From an uncultured virus (IMG/VR IMGVR_UViG_3300037225_000630) (lineage: Duplodnaviria > Heunggongvirae > Uroviricota > Caudoviricetes), in IMG/VR virus record IMGVR_UViG_3300037225_000630: 64,000 nucleotides of DNA; one strand, written 5' to 3'. A program made the position numbers and the translations under genes. Of the stretch, positions 21,979 through 32,789 are shown piece after piece. How positions within the stretch are numbered: the first letter of the stretch is position 1; each line of letters opens with the position of its first letter. The notes below the pieces were generated by a model, which was not told the DNA's origin, ran no database searches, and saw only the letters and a program-made list of their open reading frames with translations.

Positions 21979-22715
21979 AATAAACTCCTAATATAGGACA
22001 AAGTATTTTCTTTATCCTTTTTATATTTCTCACTCCATATAATAATAACAGTATACCCTAGTTCTGTCAAGACCTTTTCTCTTATTTTATCTTTGCTCCA
22101 AATATCTTTAGCCTTTACATTATGGTGAACAACATCTTCTTCTTGGTAACGATCAGAGTGAGCGTGCCAATATTCACCATATAATTCTATTATTATTTTT
22201 TTACTTTCAATGTAGATATCTGGTAAATACCATTTTTCAGTAGTTTTAATAGTATAGTGTTCTTGTGCTTCTGAACAAAATTGTTGTATATCATATAATA
22301 GAGATTTTTCTATTTTACTGCTATTGTAAGAAGAATGCTCATTATAGGAAATACTCCCAGACTTCCAAGATTCTTTCATAGCCTCTCTTCTTATATCTAA
22401 CTGCTCTGGGTTATCTCTATACCATTGAGTTATTCTTTCACTTTGCTCTTTTTTAAAACCCTCTCTTCGAGGTTTAGAGATAGCTTTTATTACTTTTTCC
22501 CTATACCCCTTATCTTTCCATAAATCTTTAGATATTTCTTTTAATTTTATTTTTGTAGCTTCAATAGTTTTCTTATCATGATGCTTACCATAGAAAGGAT
22601 TATTTTTTCCTGTTCGATCTCTATGGAGAGAACACTTTCCACCTTTATTACTATCTATTATTTGCTTTCCACAAATAGAACAGGTTTTCCCTAACTTATA
22701 TGACTTATTGTTCAT
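21972..22715 (-). CDS. NUMOD3 + Vsr/DUF559-like endonuclease (putative homing endonuclease)
   Basis: NNPFYGKHH; PDIY...IIELYGEYWH...D...LGYTVIIIW. Confidence 0.8.
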   Translation of the reverse strand: MNNKSYKLGKTCSICGKQIIDSNKGGKCSLHRDRTGKNNPFYGKHHDKKTIEATKIKLKEISKDLWKDKGYREKVIKAISKPRREGFKKEQSERITQWYRDNPEQLDIRREAMKESWKSGSISYNEHSSYNSSKIEKSLLYDIQQFCSEAQEHYTIKTTEKWYLPDIYIESKKIIIELYGEYWHAHSDRYQEEDVVHHNVKAKDIWSKDKIREKVLTELGYTVIIIWSEKYKKDKENTLSYIRSLLC

Positions 22716-22763
22716 AGATAATTAGTGGTTTCCACCTTCCAGAGTTTCTAACCAATACAAATA

Positions 22764-22793
22764 AAAAAGGAGGGTGTTTAACCCTCCCTTTAT
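22764..22793 (-). terminator. intrinsic terminator
   Basis: AGGGAGGGT/ACCCTCCCT hairpin with U-tract after 22813..24234. Confidence 0.8.
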
Positions 22794-22812
22794 TTTTACA
22801 TAGTATTTTTAT

Positions 22813-24234
22813 TTATTCTGATAGATGAGAATAGTCTCCATTCATCAGTTTTTTAAAATCCAGTTCTTCATCCAACACACTTACTTTTCCATCCGGTTTT
22901 ACTATTGCTGACTCTTGCTGTCTACGAGCTACACGAGCCCTCTTAACTGCCTCTAAGCGGGCCTTTGTGGTAGTAGTGCTCTCACCTGCCCGAGCTGTCT
23001 TAGCCATCGTCATTACAGTAGTATCTGATACCGGGTTAGCATCCTGTTTAGACTGCTTTCCAGGGTTTCCCATTCCTACCATTTCTGGTTGTGCTGGGTA
23101 ATCCTTTGGGTCTAAAGGAGAAATGGGTGTTACCTGTCCAAACAAATCCTCTTTATTAAAATCTTGAGAATCCTTTCCAGGATCATTTTGACCATCCTCA
23201 GCCCCTACCTCTTCCTCATTTAAATACGTACTCTGAAGCCACTTCTTGAAGGATTCTACAGTAGGAGCAGCAAGCTTATTTACTTTACCACCACCAGTCT
23301 GTCCCTTAGAATCTGACCCAGGCTCATAAGGTGATTTAGAATCAGTAACAGTGTATTGATCACCTGTAGCAGCACGAGCTACAACAGCATACTTAGTATC
23401 ACCAGTTACTGGTTTGAAGTTCATTCCTGCTAATCCACCATTCTGACCTTTAGTTACAACATAATCACCAGTGAAGAGTTCTTTTAATTCTGATTCAGCA
23501 AAGTCCTTCATTTTCAATAATTTTCTAACATAGTTAGCTTTCTCTTTCTTTGACTTTGCACTCTCTTTCATTACTCTTTTACGTGGAGCAGCTTCAGGGA
23601 ATTCAACATCGTCGTCCTCAGGTTCAACTTGGCCCATAGGAGGAGGCTCTGTATTGAGTCCTTGTCCACCTTCATCACCAAATTCCTCATCACCAAATTC
23701 ATCCCCTTCCATCCCCTCTTCGGGCTCTTCTGGAACTAATTTGAATCTCTGTCCTTGGATTTCAACGGTAACCTCATCAGCTACTTCGTCGCCACCTTCG
23801 CCTTCGCCTTCCATTCCCTCTTCATCTCCGAATTCATCATCCATGGGCTCTTCCATCTCTGGGGGAACATCATCATCTATGCCCTCTCCACCCATGCCCT
23901 CTCCCTCAAGATTGTCCATTCCCTCTTCATCTTCAAACTCTCTCATTCTTCGTTCTTTTACTGAGAGGTCTTTAGTATCAGCAGCGCCTTTCTTTGGCTT
24001 TGAAACTTCTTGATTATCACCGCCATTGGCACCAAGTTTATCAAAACGAGCTTCGCCTTTCTTAGCATATAATGTCTTTACATCGGGGCCATTTCTACCA
24101 TCATATCCTGGCTTTAATCTTTTAGGATCATAAGCCTCTTCCAATTTACTACCATCGTGAAGAGACTCTTCGTTCTCATTCATCCACCATAAATGTTCTC
24201 TCTTTCTTTCTTCAATTCTCATAAAATCCTCCAT
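22813..24234 (-). CDS. highly acidic protein, possible prohead scaffold/core protein
   Basis: Glu/Asp/Gly-rich low-complexity 473 aa; divergent from the terminase operon. Confidence 0.5.
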   Translation of the reverse strand: MEDFMRIEERKREHLWWMNENEESLHDGSKLEEAYDPKRLKPGYDGRNGPDVKTLYAKKGEARFDKLGANGGDNQEVSKPKKGAADTKDLSVKERRMREFEDEEGMDNLEGEGMGGEGIDDDVPPEMEEPMDDEFGDEEGMEGEGEGGDEVADEVTVEIQGQRFKLVPEEPEEGMEGDEFGDEEFGDEGGQGLNTEPPPMGQVEPEDDDVEFPEAAPRKRVMKESAKSKKEKANYVRKLLKMKDFAESELKELFTGDYVVTKGQNGGLAGMNFKPVTGDTKYAVVARAATGDQYTVTDSKSPYEPGSDSKGQTGGGKVNKLAAPTVESFKKWLQSTYLNEEEVGAEDGQNDPGKDSQDFNKEDLFGQVTPISPLDPKDYPAQPEMVGMGNPGKQSKQDANPVSDTTVMTMAKTARAGESTTTTKARLEAVKRARVARRQQESAIVKPDGKVSVLDEELDFKKLMNGDYSHLSE

Positions 24235-24373
24235 TTGATTTTATTGTAATAGGTAATACAAAGCCTTTAGCCTATATTCAGTGCTATTAGTCCTATTATT
24301 TACAATAGGATAAGCTTATACATATGAAATCCCCTATTCAACTAAATAATTAGTTATTAAGGAGACTAATAAG

Positions 24374-24895
24374 TTGGAAGTTAATAGTAATGTTATTAAA
24401 TGTGCTTTAATGAGTTTTTATAGATTTAAAAAAGGGTATTTATGTTGTTCTGAATTAAGTTACTCTCAGGGAATAGCAGATGTTATCGCTATTAATGATA
24501 TTACAGGAGAAGTCATAGAGATAGAAATAAAGATATCAAAGTCAGATCTATTGAATGAAAGTAAGCATAAGAAAGAAAAGCATCAAAAATTTGTAGAAGC
24601 AGCACTTTATGATGAAACTTCAGACCCAATAATATGCCCTAATAAATTTTATTTTGCTGTTCCATCTTACCTTATTGATGATACTAAAGAATATTGTTTA
24701 GCAACAAACAAAGATTATGGAGTATTAGAGTTTGATTGTAACCATTATTATAAATTACCGGAATATTCAATATTCTATCGTAGACAAGCGCATAAATTAC
24801 ATACTGCTGAAGTAGGTTGTTATTTCAAGCCTAATTTAATTAAACGTATATGTAATGATAATATTGTATTTTATAGAGATGAATATTGGAAATGA
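24374..24895 (+). CDS. PD-(D/E)xK nuclease-fold protein (MmcB-like)
   Basis: ADVIAI...EIEIKISKSDL...NKFYFAVP...YGV. Confidence 0.7.
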   Translation: MEVNSNVIKCALMSFYRFKKGYLCCSELSYSQGIADVIAINDITGEVIEIEIKISKSDLLNESKHKKEKHQKFVEAALYDETSDPIICPNKFYFAVPSYLIDDTKEYCLATNKDYGVLEFDCNHYYKLPEYSIFYRRQAHKLHTAEVGCYFKPNLIKRICNDNIVFYRDEYWK

Positions 24896-26985
24896 ATACA
24901 AATTTAATAGATATAAATAAACAAGAGAATTTAAATGACATTCTTTTTGATGTATTAGAAGGGGATACTGAGCTTATAGATATGTTTGATGTTTATAATC
25001 AATTAGATATCAGTAAGATACAGACAGCTTTAGACTCAATAATAAGTAATGATAATTTAAATGCTAAAGCCAAATTGGATTTATTAAATAATAGTTGGAG
25101 AGTAAATTATAGATTAAAACCCCCTACACCAGAGGAATTTCTAACTGCTAAGTATCTAGGACCTGTCGCTGAATCCATTTATCCACGAGTACGAAAATGG
25201 TTTATTGAATTCATGAACGACAAGGAACCCTATAGAGATGCTGTTTTATATACCTACATTGGTTCAGGCAAAACTACATTATCAGTATTGATAAATCTCT
25301 ATATGACTGTTCATTTAGCATTAATGCGGGACCCAAAGAAATATTTTGGAATTATGTCTTCAGAGACATTGAGCTTTGTATTATGTTCTTATAATTTACG
25401 TAAAACATCAGAATTATTGTTATCCCCTTTCATAAATATGCTTGAAGGCTCTACCTTCTTTTGTAAGGTACGAACTAGAGAGGATATGATAAAAAGAGAA
25501 CGGGATTATCAACGGGAGAAGAAAATAGATACTCTATATTGGACTACAGCCTCCCGGTATGGTGTATCTGCTTTACAATTCTCTAATAATCTTCACTATA
25601 AGTTAGCTTCAAATCCTGTTACTATACTAGGGCTGACTATTATATGTGGTACTATGTCAGAGATAACATTTTTCCGACAAGCAGGAAAGAGTGATGAGTT
25701 TGTTATGCGACTTTTTAATGATATGAAGCGTCGTGTTGATTCTCGTTTGATGGGAAACTACTGGGGTAGAACTATTTTAGACTCTTCACCTAATGATTTG
25801 GAATCCCCTATTGATACTTATTGTATGTTTGATGCACCTAATAGCCCTAAAAATTTTATTATAAAAGGGGCTAAATGGGAATGGCAACCAGAAGAATTTT
25901 CTAATCTAGAACATACATTTCCTGTATTCAAAGGAGGATCGGGAAAACCCCCCACTATTCTCAATAATATTCAAGGATATGATGAAAGTGATATTATTAG
26001 GGTTCCCTATGGAACTATTAGTGACCCTAATGGTATGTATCAATTATTCCATGATGATTTACATAAATCATTAAAGGACTTTGCTGGCATACCACAAGGA
26101 AATTTGGATAAATTATTCTATGATTATGATAAAATAAATAATTGCTTTGTACCACAGATGAAATCTATAGAACATTGTCTTCATGTTGATGCTCGTATGG
26201 AACCTCATGAACTGATATGGAAAGTCATACGGGATACTCTTTTTGAGAAAGCAGGATTTGGTTATCATTTTTACTATAAACCGGGGATTCCTCGGGTGTT
26301 TCATATTGACCAATCAGTATCTAATGATATGTCTGCCATAGCTTTTGTACATGTGGAAAGAAAGAAAACTGATAAAGCATTAGATATAGAACATGATATC
26401 ATGTATATAGTAGACTTTGTTTTACCTATACATCCTTTCGGAGGAAGAATCAATCTAGATGCTATTAAAGAATTCATATTCGATGTATTTACTAAAGGAC
26501 AAATGCCAATAATAATGGGTTCATACGATACTTTTCAGTCCGAAGCAGCATTACAGCACCTAGAGAGAGCGGAAATTGAAATGGACCATATATCCGTAGA
26601 TGAAACTATGGACCCCTACCTATTTCTAGCGCAACAAATAGAACAGGGGAATTTGAAGATGGGACGAAATGTATTCATAAAAAATAATCTAAAGTCATTG
26701 AGAATCACACAGCGTCCTCGGAGTAAAACTCTCACTATAAATCATACTATGGGTGATTCCCCCAATCCTGCTACTGCGGATTATGCCTGGGATACCTCTG
26801 TACTAGGTATAAATGCCAAGGACTGTAGTGATGCTGTTGCTGGTGCTGTTTATCTTGCTCATAAGTATTTAGCCACTGATGGACAATCATTATTACAGAT
26901 TTGGGATGAAAATAAAGTAATCCTAACTAACGATGATATAAAGAAAAACACCGAAGACTTGATTAGAAAATTAGGGTTTCAGTAA
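24886..26985 (+). CDS. terL: terminase large subunit
   Basis: Walker A YIGSGKT, Walker B-like GTMSE, C-terminal RNase H-like domain FHIDQS...SYDTFQS...KDCSDAVAG. Confidence 0.85.
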   Translation: MEMNTNLIDINKQENLNDILFDVLEGDTELIDMFDVYNQLDISKIQTALDSIISNDNLNAKAKLDLLNNSWRVNYRLKPPTPEEFLTAKYLGPVAESIYPRVRKWFIEFMNDKEPYRDAVLYTYIGSGKTTLSVLINLYMTVHLALMRDPKKYFGIMSSETLSFVLCSYNLRKTSELLLSPFINMLEGSTFFCKVRTREDMIKRERDYQREKKIDTLYWTTASRYGVSALQFSNNLHYKLASNPVTILGLTIICGTMSEITFFRQAGKSDEFVMRLFNDMKRRVDSRLMGNYWGRTILDSSPNDLESPIDTYCMFDAPNSPKNFIIKGAKWEWQPEEFSNLEHTFPVFKGGSGKPPTILNNIQGYDESDIIRVPYGTISDPNGMYQLFHDDLHKSLKDFAGIPQGNLDKLFYDYDKINNCFVPQMKSIEHCLHVDARMEPHELIWKVIRDTLFEKAGFGYHFYYKPGIPRVFHIDQSVSNDMSAIAFVHVERKKTDKALDIEHDIMYIVDFVLPIHPFGGRINLDAIKEFIFDVFTKGQMPIIMGSYDTFQSEAALQHLERAEIEMDHISVDETMDPYLFLAQQIEQGNLKMGRNVFIKNNLKSLRITQRPRSKTLTINHTMGDSPNPATADYAWDTSVLGINAKDCSDAVAGAVYLAHKYLATDGQSLLQIWDENKVILTNDDIKKNTEDLIRKLGFQ

Positions 26986-26997
26986 GACTAATTATAT

Positions 26998-28224
26998 ATG
27001 CTTAATGAGACTATTTATGGTAATGTAGCTACGGTATACCATAGAACTAATGAAGAAAAACTAATAGACTCAATAAATAAAGAAGGATTTAAAGTAGGAG
27101 GAGGAGACTACTATGGTAGAGGCTTCTATGCCACTTATGATTTAGAGTCTCAGCTTACTTCAGACATGCAATCCAAATATGGACAATATGTAGTAAAGTT
27201 TGGAGTAAATTTAAGTCATTTCTTTTTCTTTGACTATAATGAGTTTGTGAAAACACCCCTATTTAGAGAGCATAATAAACGATATCCTAATAGACAATTC
27301 ACTGAACAGAATTTTATTGATTATCAATTCCTTTACTATAAGATGTTATTAACCCCTAAAGAACGAGAAGAATATCAAAGAAAAACTAATAATACCAAAT
27401 TTACCTCAGATGTGGCTCGTGAGTGTACTCGCAATATAAAAAATTTCACTTTATTATGCGCAGGTATAGTATTTACAGGTAGACAAGATGGATTAGTTTT
27501 AGTCGCATATAGAACAGGACAGATAAAACCATTATCTTATGTAGAAACAGAGGATTTACAGCCTAAGATACTCTATCTTGAATGTAGTCTTTACGGTGAA
27601 ATAAAAGATGAACCTTCACCACATTTTGCTGGTTATTGTCAATATAGTTTATATTATTTCCAGGGTGATGATTATGATATAGAAGAAAATGCTACTAACG
27701 AAACTTCTTCTTCATTTGATATATATCAATTATTACCAAATGAAGAGCCTTTACCAGATCACTTAGATATGTTAAATGAATTTGAAGGATTTAATATCAA
27801 TAATGGTAGAGGGCTATATATAGAGTATACAGAAGATTATACTATGGAAGATGCAGAGAGAGAAGCAAGTAGAATATGGACTTATGATGAGAGTATGGAT
27901 ATTGACTCTTCCGAGTTAGAGTTAGAAAGAAATTTAAAAGAGTATCTTGATCATCCTTCTTATGATTATATCATAGTAAAACAAGAAGCATTAGAGTCGT
28001 GGATGGAAGATTTTTTGAGCAATAATTTTAAGTTCTATAATAAAGAGGAATTCAAACGAACTAAAGCATATATAGAGCTAGACGTTGAGGATTATTCTGG
28101 TAATACCTATAATATTTATTACCAAGAAGAATATAATAGAACAAAGAGAAATAATGATGATTGGGTATCAACAGCAGCACAGAGAAAATATGACCATCAA
28201 TTGGATTTAGATTATGGATTATAA
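26998..28224 (+). CDS. protein with N-terminal ADP-ribosyltransferase-like domain
   Basis: VYHRT...GF...YGRGFYAT...YG.YVVKF pattern; C-terminal module shared with the next gene. Confidence 0.6.
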   Translation: MLNETIYGNVATVYHRTNEEKLIDSINKEGFKVGGGDYYGRGFYATYDLESQLTSDMQSKYGQYVVKFGVNLSHFFFFDYNEFVKTPLFREHNKRYPNRQFTEQNFIDYQFLYYKMLLTPKEREEYQRKTNNTKFTSDVARECTRNIKNFTLLCAGIVFTGRQDGLVLVAYRTGQIKPLSYVETEDLQPKILYLECSLYGEIKDEPSPHFAGYCQYSLYYFQGDDYDIEENATNETSSSFDIYQLLPNEEPLPDHLDMLNEFEGFNINNGRGLYIEYTEDYTMEDAEREASRIWTYDESMDIDSSELELERNLKEYLDHPSYDYIIVKQEALESWMEDFLSNNFKFYNKEEFKRTKAYIELDVEDYSGNTYNIYYQEEYNRTKRNNDDWVSTAAQRKYDHQLDLDYGL

Positions 28225-29584
28225 TACACTATTACAAGAAACAAAAGAAGCTATGATAAACATGATACCTTCTTTAAGTGATGAACAGAAAAAACAGATA
28301 AAGGATTTCTTCAAAATACATCCAAACTATGAATCTAAAATAGATTGGAATGATTGGCGTACTTTAACCTATAATGATTTTGTTCCATTATTATCTCAAA
28401 TTAGTAAAACTGCTAGACAGAAAATGGTAAAGAATACTGGTATTAACGGATTAGATGAAGGAACTGATTATATTATTGCCTATAACAGTGGTACTATTGT
28501 AGGATATTGCCCGCTGGATTGGGAAGCATCAAAAATGATAGCATCTTCTTATGTGGGTGCTAGTAAAACAACAGGTAAGTGGTGTGTTGCACTGCACAAT
28601 AATAGAAACTTTTGGGATAATTATGTATCTGAAGAGGGCGATAATAATAATCGTTTTCTTTATCTTGTAGACTATAATCCTGATTCCACATGGGGTAAAA
28701 TAGCAATAAGAATGTGGCTAAATCTTGACTATCAAGCCTGGAATTGGAAGGATGAAGTAATATTTAGTTCAATGTCAGCTACCGCTAGATATAATGTTCC
28801 TAACAAATACCCTAATTTTATCTTTAATGTAGATAAGATGAAATCTTTGATTGATAAAGCTTTAGTACTAATAATGGATGCAGGGGACGCCCGCTCTGAG
28901 TTAGATAAAGAGTATTTTATTGATTGTTATATACAGGAGGAAATTGAAAATGATATTCTAAAAGGGGGGGTTTCTTTTGTTCAACTAGTTCGAATTGGTG
29001 ATGATATTGAGGATGAAGATACTAGTGTTGAAGGTTTATCTTCTTCATTCGAAATTCAAAGGGTAGGAGAAGGTATAGATAATGCTGATTTAGGTTTCCT
29101 AGATGAGCTGACTATGGATGATGGGAGAAAATTTGCTACCGGCAGAGGTAGAGGTATATATATTGTGTATGAGAATGATTATACTCCTGATGATGCTCAA
29201 AAAGCTTCTAATAATTTACGAGGGGACATCACCGATATTGATGATTATGAAATAAAACGAACGGCATTGAGATTATTAGATCCAATAAATGCTAAAAAAA
29301 TTCTTCATCATCTAGATGCTGATTCCTCTCTGCAATATAGTTATATTTTAATTAAAAATGATATTTCTATTGATGAGTACTTAATGAATATTCTGGGTCG
29401 CTATATTAAAGTAAGTAAATGTAAACAAGACACTTTATATGATTCTGCTGAAGTATCTTATTATGTATACTATAGGGATGATTATGACTGGGAAACCCCC
29501 GACAAATATGCAGGGACTGACTGGGTATCAACACCAGCACAAAGAGCTTATGACCATCAATTGGACTTAGATTATGGATTTTAA
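28214..29584 (+). CDS. modular hypothetical protein
   Basis: N-module (IDWNDW...EASK...KWCVA) shared with 29574..30860; C-module shared with 26998..28224. Confidence 0.7.
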   Translation: MDYNTLLQETKEAMINMIPSLSDEQKKQIKDFFKIHPNYESKIDWNDWRTLTYNDFVPLLSQISKTARQKMVKNTGINGLDEGTDYIIAYNSGTIVGYCPLDWEASKMIASSYVGASKTTGKWCVALHNNRNFWDNYVSEEGDNNNRFLYLVDYNPDSTWGKIAIRMWLNLDYQAWNWKDEVIFSSMSATARYNVPNKYPNFIFNVDKMKSLIDKALVLIMDAGDARSELDKEYFIDCYIQEEIENDILKGGVSFVQLVRIGDDIEDEDTSVEGLSSSFEIQRVGEGIDNADLGFLDELTMDDGRKFATGRGRGIYIVYENDYTPDDAQKASNNLRGDITDIDDYEIKRTALRLLDPINAKKILHHLDADSSLQYSYILIKNDISIDEYLMNILGRYIKVSKCKQDTLYDSAEVSYYVYYRDDYDWETPDKYAGTDWVSTPAQRAYDHQLDLDYGF

Positions 29585-30860
29585 TATGATATTAACAGAA
29601 AAGAAAGACCATATAATAAGTAAAATTCCTGCATTGTCTCCTGAGCAGAAATCACAAATAATTCAATACTTCAATGTTTACCCAAATGAGGAAGGACAGA
29701 TAGATTGGAATAATTGGAAGAACCTAAAATATGAAGATTTTACTTCCCTTATCAATAGTGTATCAAGGACAGCCAAAAAGAAAAATGTAAAAAATAGTGG
29801 TATTGAAGGTTTAATTCCAAATGAGGACTATGTTGAGGTATATAATCAAGATAATATAATAGGATATGTTCCTCTCACACATGAAGCCTCTAAATTGATA
29901 GCATCTAAATATATAAATGGTATAGAGGGTACGTGGTGTACTGCTGAAAACAGTGCTTTTGCCTGGAAGTCATATTGTAAAAAGCTAAATAAATTTCTAA
30001 TTTATTTTATTAACTATAATCCTAAATTCAAATGGAAAAAAATAGCTATCTTAGCTAATAGTAAGAAAACTTCTGTTTTTGAAGATTATACTTGTTATAG
30101 TTCTACAGATCTTATTATAAATTTACCCCTACCATTCACTCTTACGGATATGACATCTATTATAGCTCATGCTAGAGTAGGGATACAAAAGTGTGGTGGT
30201 ATTAAAATGCCCCCTGAGAAAAAAGTTTGTGTAACCCAACAAATAAATAGACTAGACAAGTATACTATAGAGGTTATTCACCATTATGATATACGTCAGA
30301 AAGAGAAAAAGGAAGGCAAAAGGCACTGGAGCATACTACCAGGGCAGGAAGTAAACGAAAAGATTATAATAAAACAAATAGGTAAAGGGGTAGATGTAAG
30401 GAATAACGCTGATTTTCTATATTTAGATTTTTCTATTATGAATGGCACTGGATTCTATATTAATGATAAGGAATATAATAAAGGGGAAGAAGTTAGGAAA
30501 TTATGTAAATTAGCAGGTAGTACTGTTGATGATATGGTTTATATGACATATCAGTATTATATAGCAAGCATAATACAACGTATGATTCCCCCCCCTAGTG
30601 TAGACTTTGTTATATGGGGCGATGATAGACGCATCTATAATGGGCAGCTAAACTATGGTTTTATGGCAAATTTGTCGAGATACCTTTTTAGTATATCGTG
30701 GAGTGATATAAAGGATAAAGTATTTCATGATAGATTATCCAGAGAGGGATATACTATTTATTATGATAAATATTACGATTTTCATAATAAAATATTTGAT
30801 ATGGTAATGCTGCCTTCTCAAAACATTTTACAAGAAAATACAACTTTATTTGGATTGTAA
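29574..30860 (+). CDS. modular hypothetical protein
   Basis: N-module IDWNNW...EASK...TWCTA paralogous to 28214..29584. Confidence 0.7.
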   Translation: MDFNMILTEKKDHIISKIPALSPEQKSQIIQYFNVYPNEEGQIDWNNWKNLKYEDFTSLINSVSRTAKKKNVKNSGIEGLIPNEDYVEVYNQDNIIGYVPLTHEASKLIASKYINGIEGTWCTAENSAFAWKSYCKKLNKFLIYFINYNPKFKWKKIAILANSKKTSVFEDYTCYSSTDLIINLPLPFTLTDMTSIIAHARVGIQKCGGIKMPPEKKVCVTQQINRLDKYTIEVIHHYDIRQKEKKEGKRHWSILPGQEVNEKIIIKQIGKGVDVRNNADFLYLDFSIMNGTGFYINDKEYNKGEEVRKLCKLAGSTVDDMVYMTYQYYIASIIQRMIPPPSVDFVIWGDDRRIYNGQLNYGFMANLSRYLFSISWSDIKDKVFHDRLSREGYTIYYDKYYDFHNKIFDMVMLPSQNILQENTTLFGL

Positions 30861-30887
30861 AAAAGCCCTTCATTACAAAGGGCTTTT
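30859..30887. terminator. bidirectional intrinsic terminator
   Basis: AAAAGCCCTT/AAGGGCTTTT hairpin between convergent genes. Confidence 0.8.
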
Positions 30888-30890
30888 AAT

Positions 30891-31358
30891 TTATTTCATG
30901 CTTTGAACAGCAGCATCAGCAGTATCAACAGTAGTATCTACAGTAGTTCCTACTTGTACAGTTACATTTTCTGTAGTTACAGCTACTTTATCAACTTCCT
31001 TAGTTGCATCTACAGCTACAGTAGAAGCTTCTTTCTCTACATCAGAAGCAACAGCAGCAATACCTTTATCAATATCAGCAGCTACCTTAACTTCTTCAGC
31101 TTTTATAGTAGCATCAATAGCATCAATCTTAGCCTTAGCTTCATTAGATAACTTTACTGCCTCTGCTTTGATTTTAGCATACAATTCGTCTTTGGCTTCC
31201 TTGGTTAGAAGATGGAACCTCTCGGCTACTTCTCCCCATAGATGAATAGCTAAACTCTTACCATTGATTAGAAGCGTTTTACCACCATCGGTAAGCTCTA
31301 CTAAGTCCTTGTCCATATCAGCTTTAAGCCGAGTAAATAATTCATGACTAATAAACAT
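30891..31358 (-). CDS. Ala/Val/Thr-rich hypothetical protein
   Basis: 155-aa ORF with AAGGAG SD and an upstream ACTAAATA motif. Confidence 0.7.
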   Translation of the reverse strand: MFISHELFTRLKADMDKDLVELTDGGKTLLINGKSLAIHLWGEVAERFHLLTKEAKDELYAKIKAEAVKLSNEAKAKIDAIDATIKAEEVKVAADIDKGIAAVASDVEKEASTVAVDATKEVDKVAVTTENVTVQVGTTVDTTVDTADAAVQSMK

Positions 31359-31762
31359 ATAAATCTCCTTATTTAGTTAGTTATAATCCTGAAAATGGAT
31401 TGTCTTTATTTATTGTTTGACTTCCTTCGTCTACTAAATCCCAAGTAAATTTAGGATTATTGTAATCCAAAGTATCGCCTTTATCTTCTAATAAATCTTT
31501 AACAATCGGTATTAAATTCGTCTGATTCGTCTGAGTCTCCATGTTCAGTTAGTTCCTCAGAGCATTGTGGACAAAAATTATTAGTCCAACCCAACTCTAA
31601 TAAAGACTCTTTTATCGAATCTTTTATTTTTTGCCCATCATCACCAGAAAACTCTATACTGAAGGAAGTGTCGCATTTATTACACTGTACCTCTGCTACA
31701 CCCTCATAGTTATACTCTGTTATTGTATACATTAAAACTCCTGCATACTTAGTATTAGAGGA

Positions 31763-32095
31763 TTACTGAATGATTATAGTGTCTCCTGGTAATTTATTAC
31801 CGTATATTTTAGTACTATATTGTACAGTAGTAATAGAGGGAGGAGGTATAACAAAATAATTCTGATTTATAGCTGTAGTTATATCAGTAGAAATAGCTGA
31901 AACAATATAATTTTGTAATAACAAAGTTAAATTAGTAAAATTTTCTATTTCAGATTGGAACACTGTAGGAATAAATACTATAGGTATATTGGTTCCTGAT
32001 TGTAATTCAAAAGTAGTGCCATGATTTATAAGTTTTACTGTATAGGCAGGAAATGAGTTTTTTATTCTGTGTAGAAACGTTAAGCTTATCATCAT
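31763..32095 (-). CDS. hypothetical protein, tandem paralog
   Basis: QSGTxxPxxFIP...E.E.F.NL...LQ shared with 32104..32457. Confidence 0.65.
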   Translation of the reverse strand: MMISLTFLHRIKNSFPAYTVKLINHGTTFELQSGTNIPIVFIPTVFQSEIENFTNLTLLLQNYIVSAISTDITTAINQNYFVIPPPSITTVQYSTKIYGNKLPGDTIIIQ

Positions 32096-32103
32096 TTAAT
32101 ATC

Positions 32104-32457
32104 TTATTGAATAGTCATAGGATCACCAGTAATGCCATCAGAACCATTATTTACAACTAATAATGAGTTATTTACTAATACTGGAGCATTGATAGAAGCT
32201 TGAGAGGACGTAAAGTAGTTGGAAGCTGCTGCTGTAGTGATAGTAGAAGTGAAATCAGTTAGGATTGCTGTTTGCAATGAGGATTGCAAATTAGGGAAGG
32301 TCTCCATTTCATTGATCCACTTTTGAGGAATGAACGCCACTGGGGAGTATGTTCCTGACTGTACTAGCATAATAGTACCACTAAAATTTATCTTAAATGT
32401 ATATGCAGTGTTACCATTATTTCTCAATGCACGTACAAAGGCTGCTGAAACCATCAT
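32104..32457 (-). CDS. hypothetical protein, tandem paralog
   Basis: Homologous to both neighbours (WINE, LQxxILxD). Confidence 0.7.
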   Translation of the reverse strand: MMVSAAFVRALRNNGNTAYTFKINFSGTIMLVQSGTYSPVAFIPQKWINEMETFPNLQSSLQTAILTDFTSTITTAAASNYFTSSQASINAPVLVNNSLLVVNNGSDGITGDPMTIQ

Positions 32458-32495
32458 AAAATCTCCTCTCTATATAATTAGTAGGTAAAATGAGA

Positions 32496-32711
32496 CTATC
32501 TATTCATAAATACAATAATATCGCTAGTAATATCATTGAGTATTTGTTCTTGTAACCCTAAAGTTAATTGTGAATACATGCCTATTTCATTTATCCATCG
32601 TGACGGATTATAGGGAGTTCCATCTATAGAGAGAGTAGTCTCATCAAAAGATTCAATATCATTGTTAGAGAAATTAGATTGGAGCTGGGTAACAAACATC
32701 ATATCTATCAT
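32496..32711 (-). CDS. hypothetical protein, tandem paralog
   Basis: PSRWINEI...LQEQILNDITSDI matches 32104..32457. Confidence 0.6.
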   Translation of the reverse strand: MIDMMFVTQLQSNFSNNDIESFDETTLSIDGTPYNPSRWINEIGMYSQLTLGLQEQILNDITSDIIVFMNR

Positions 32712-32789
32712 AAAAATACCTCTACTTATTTAGTAATAAAAAAGGCTACCATTTCTGGTAGCCTAATTAAAAAGGGCATGGGGGAGCCT

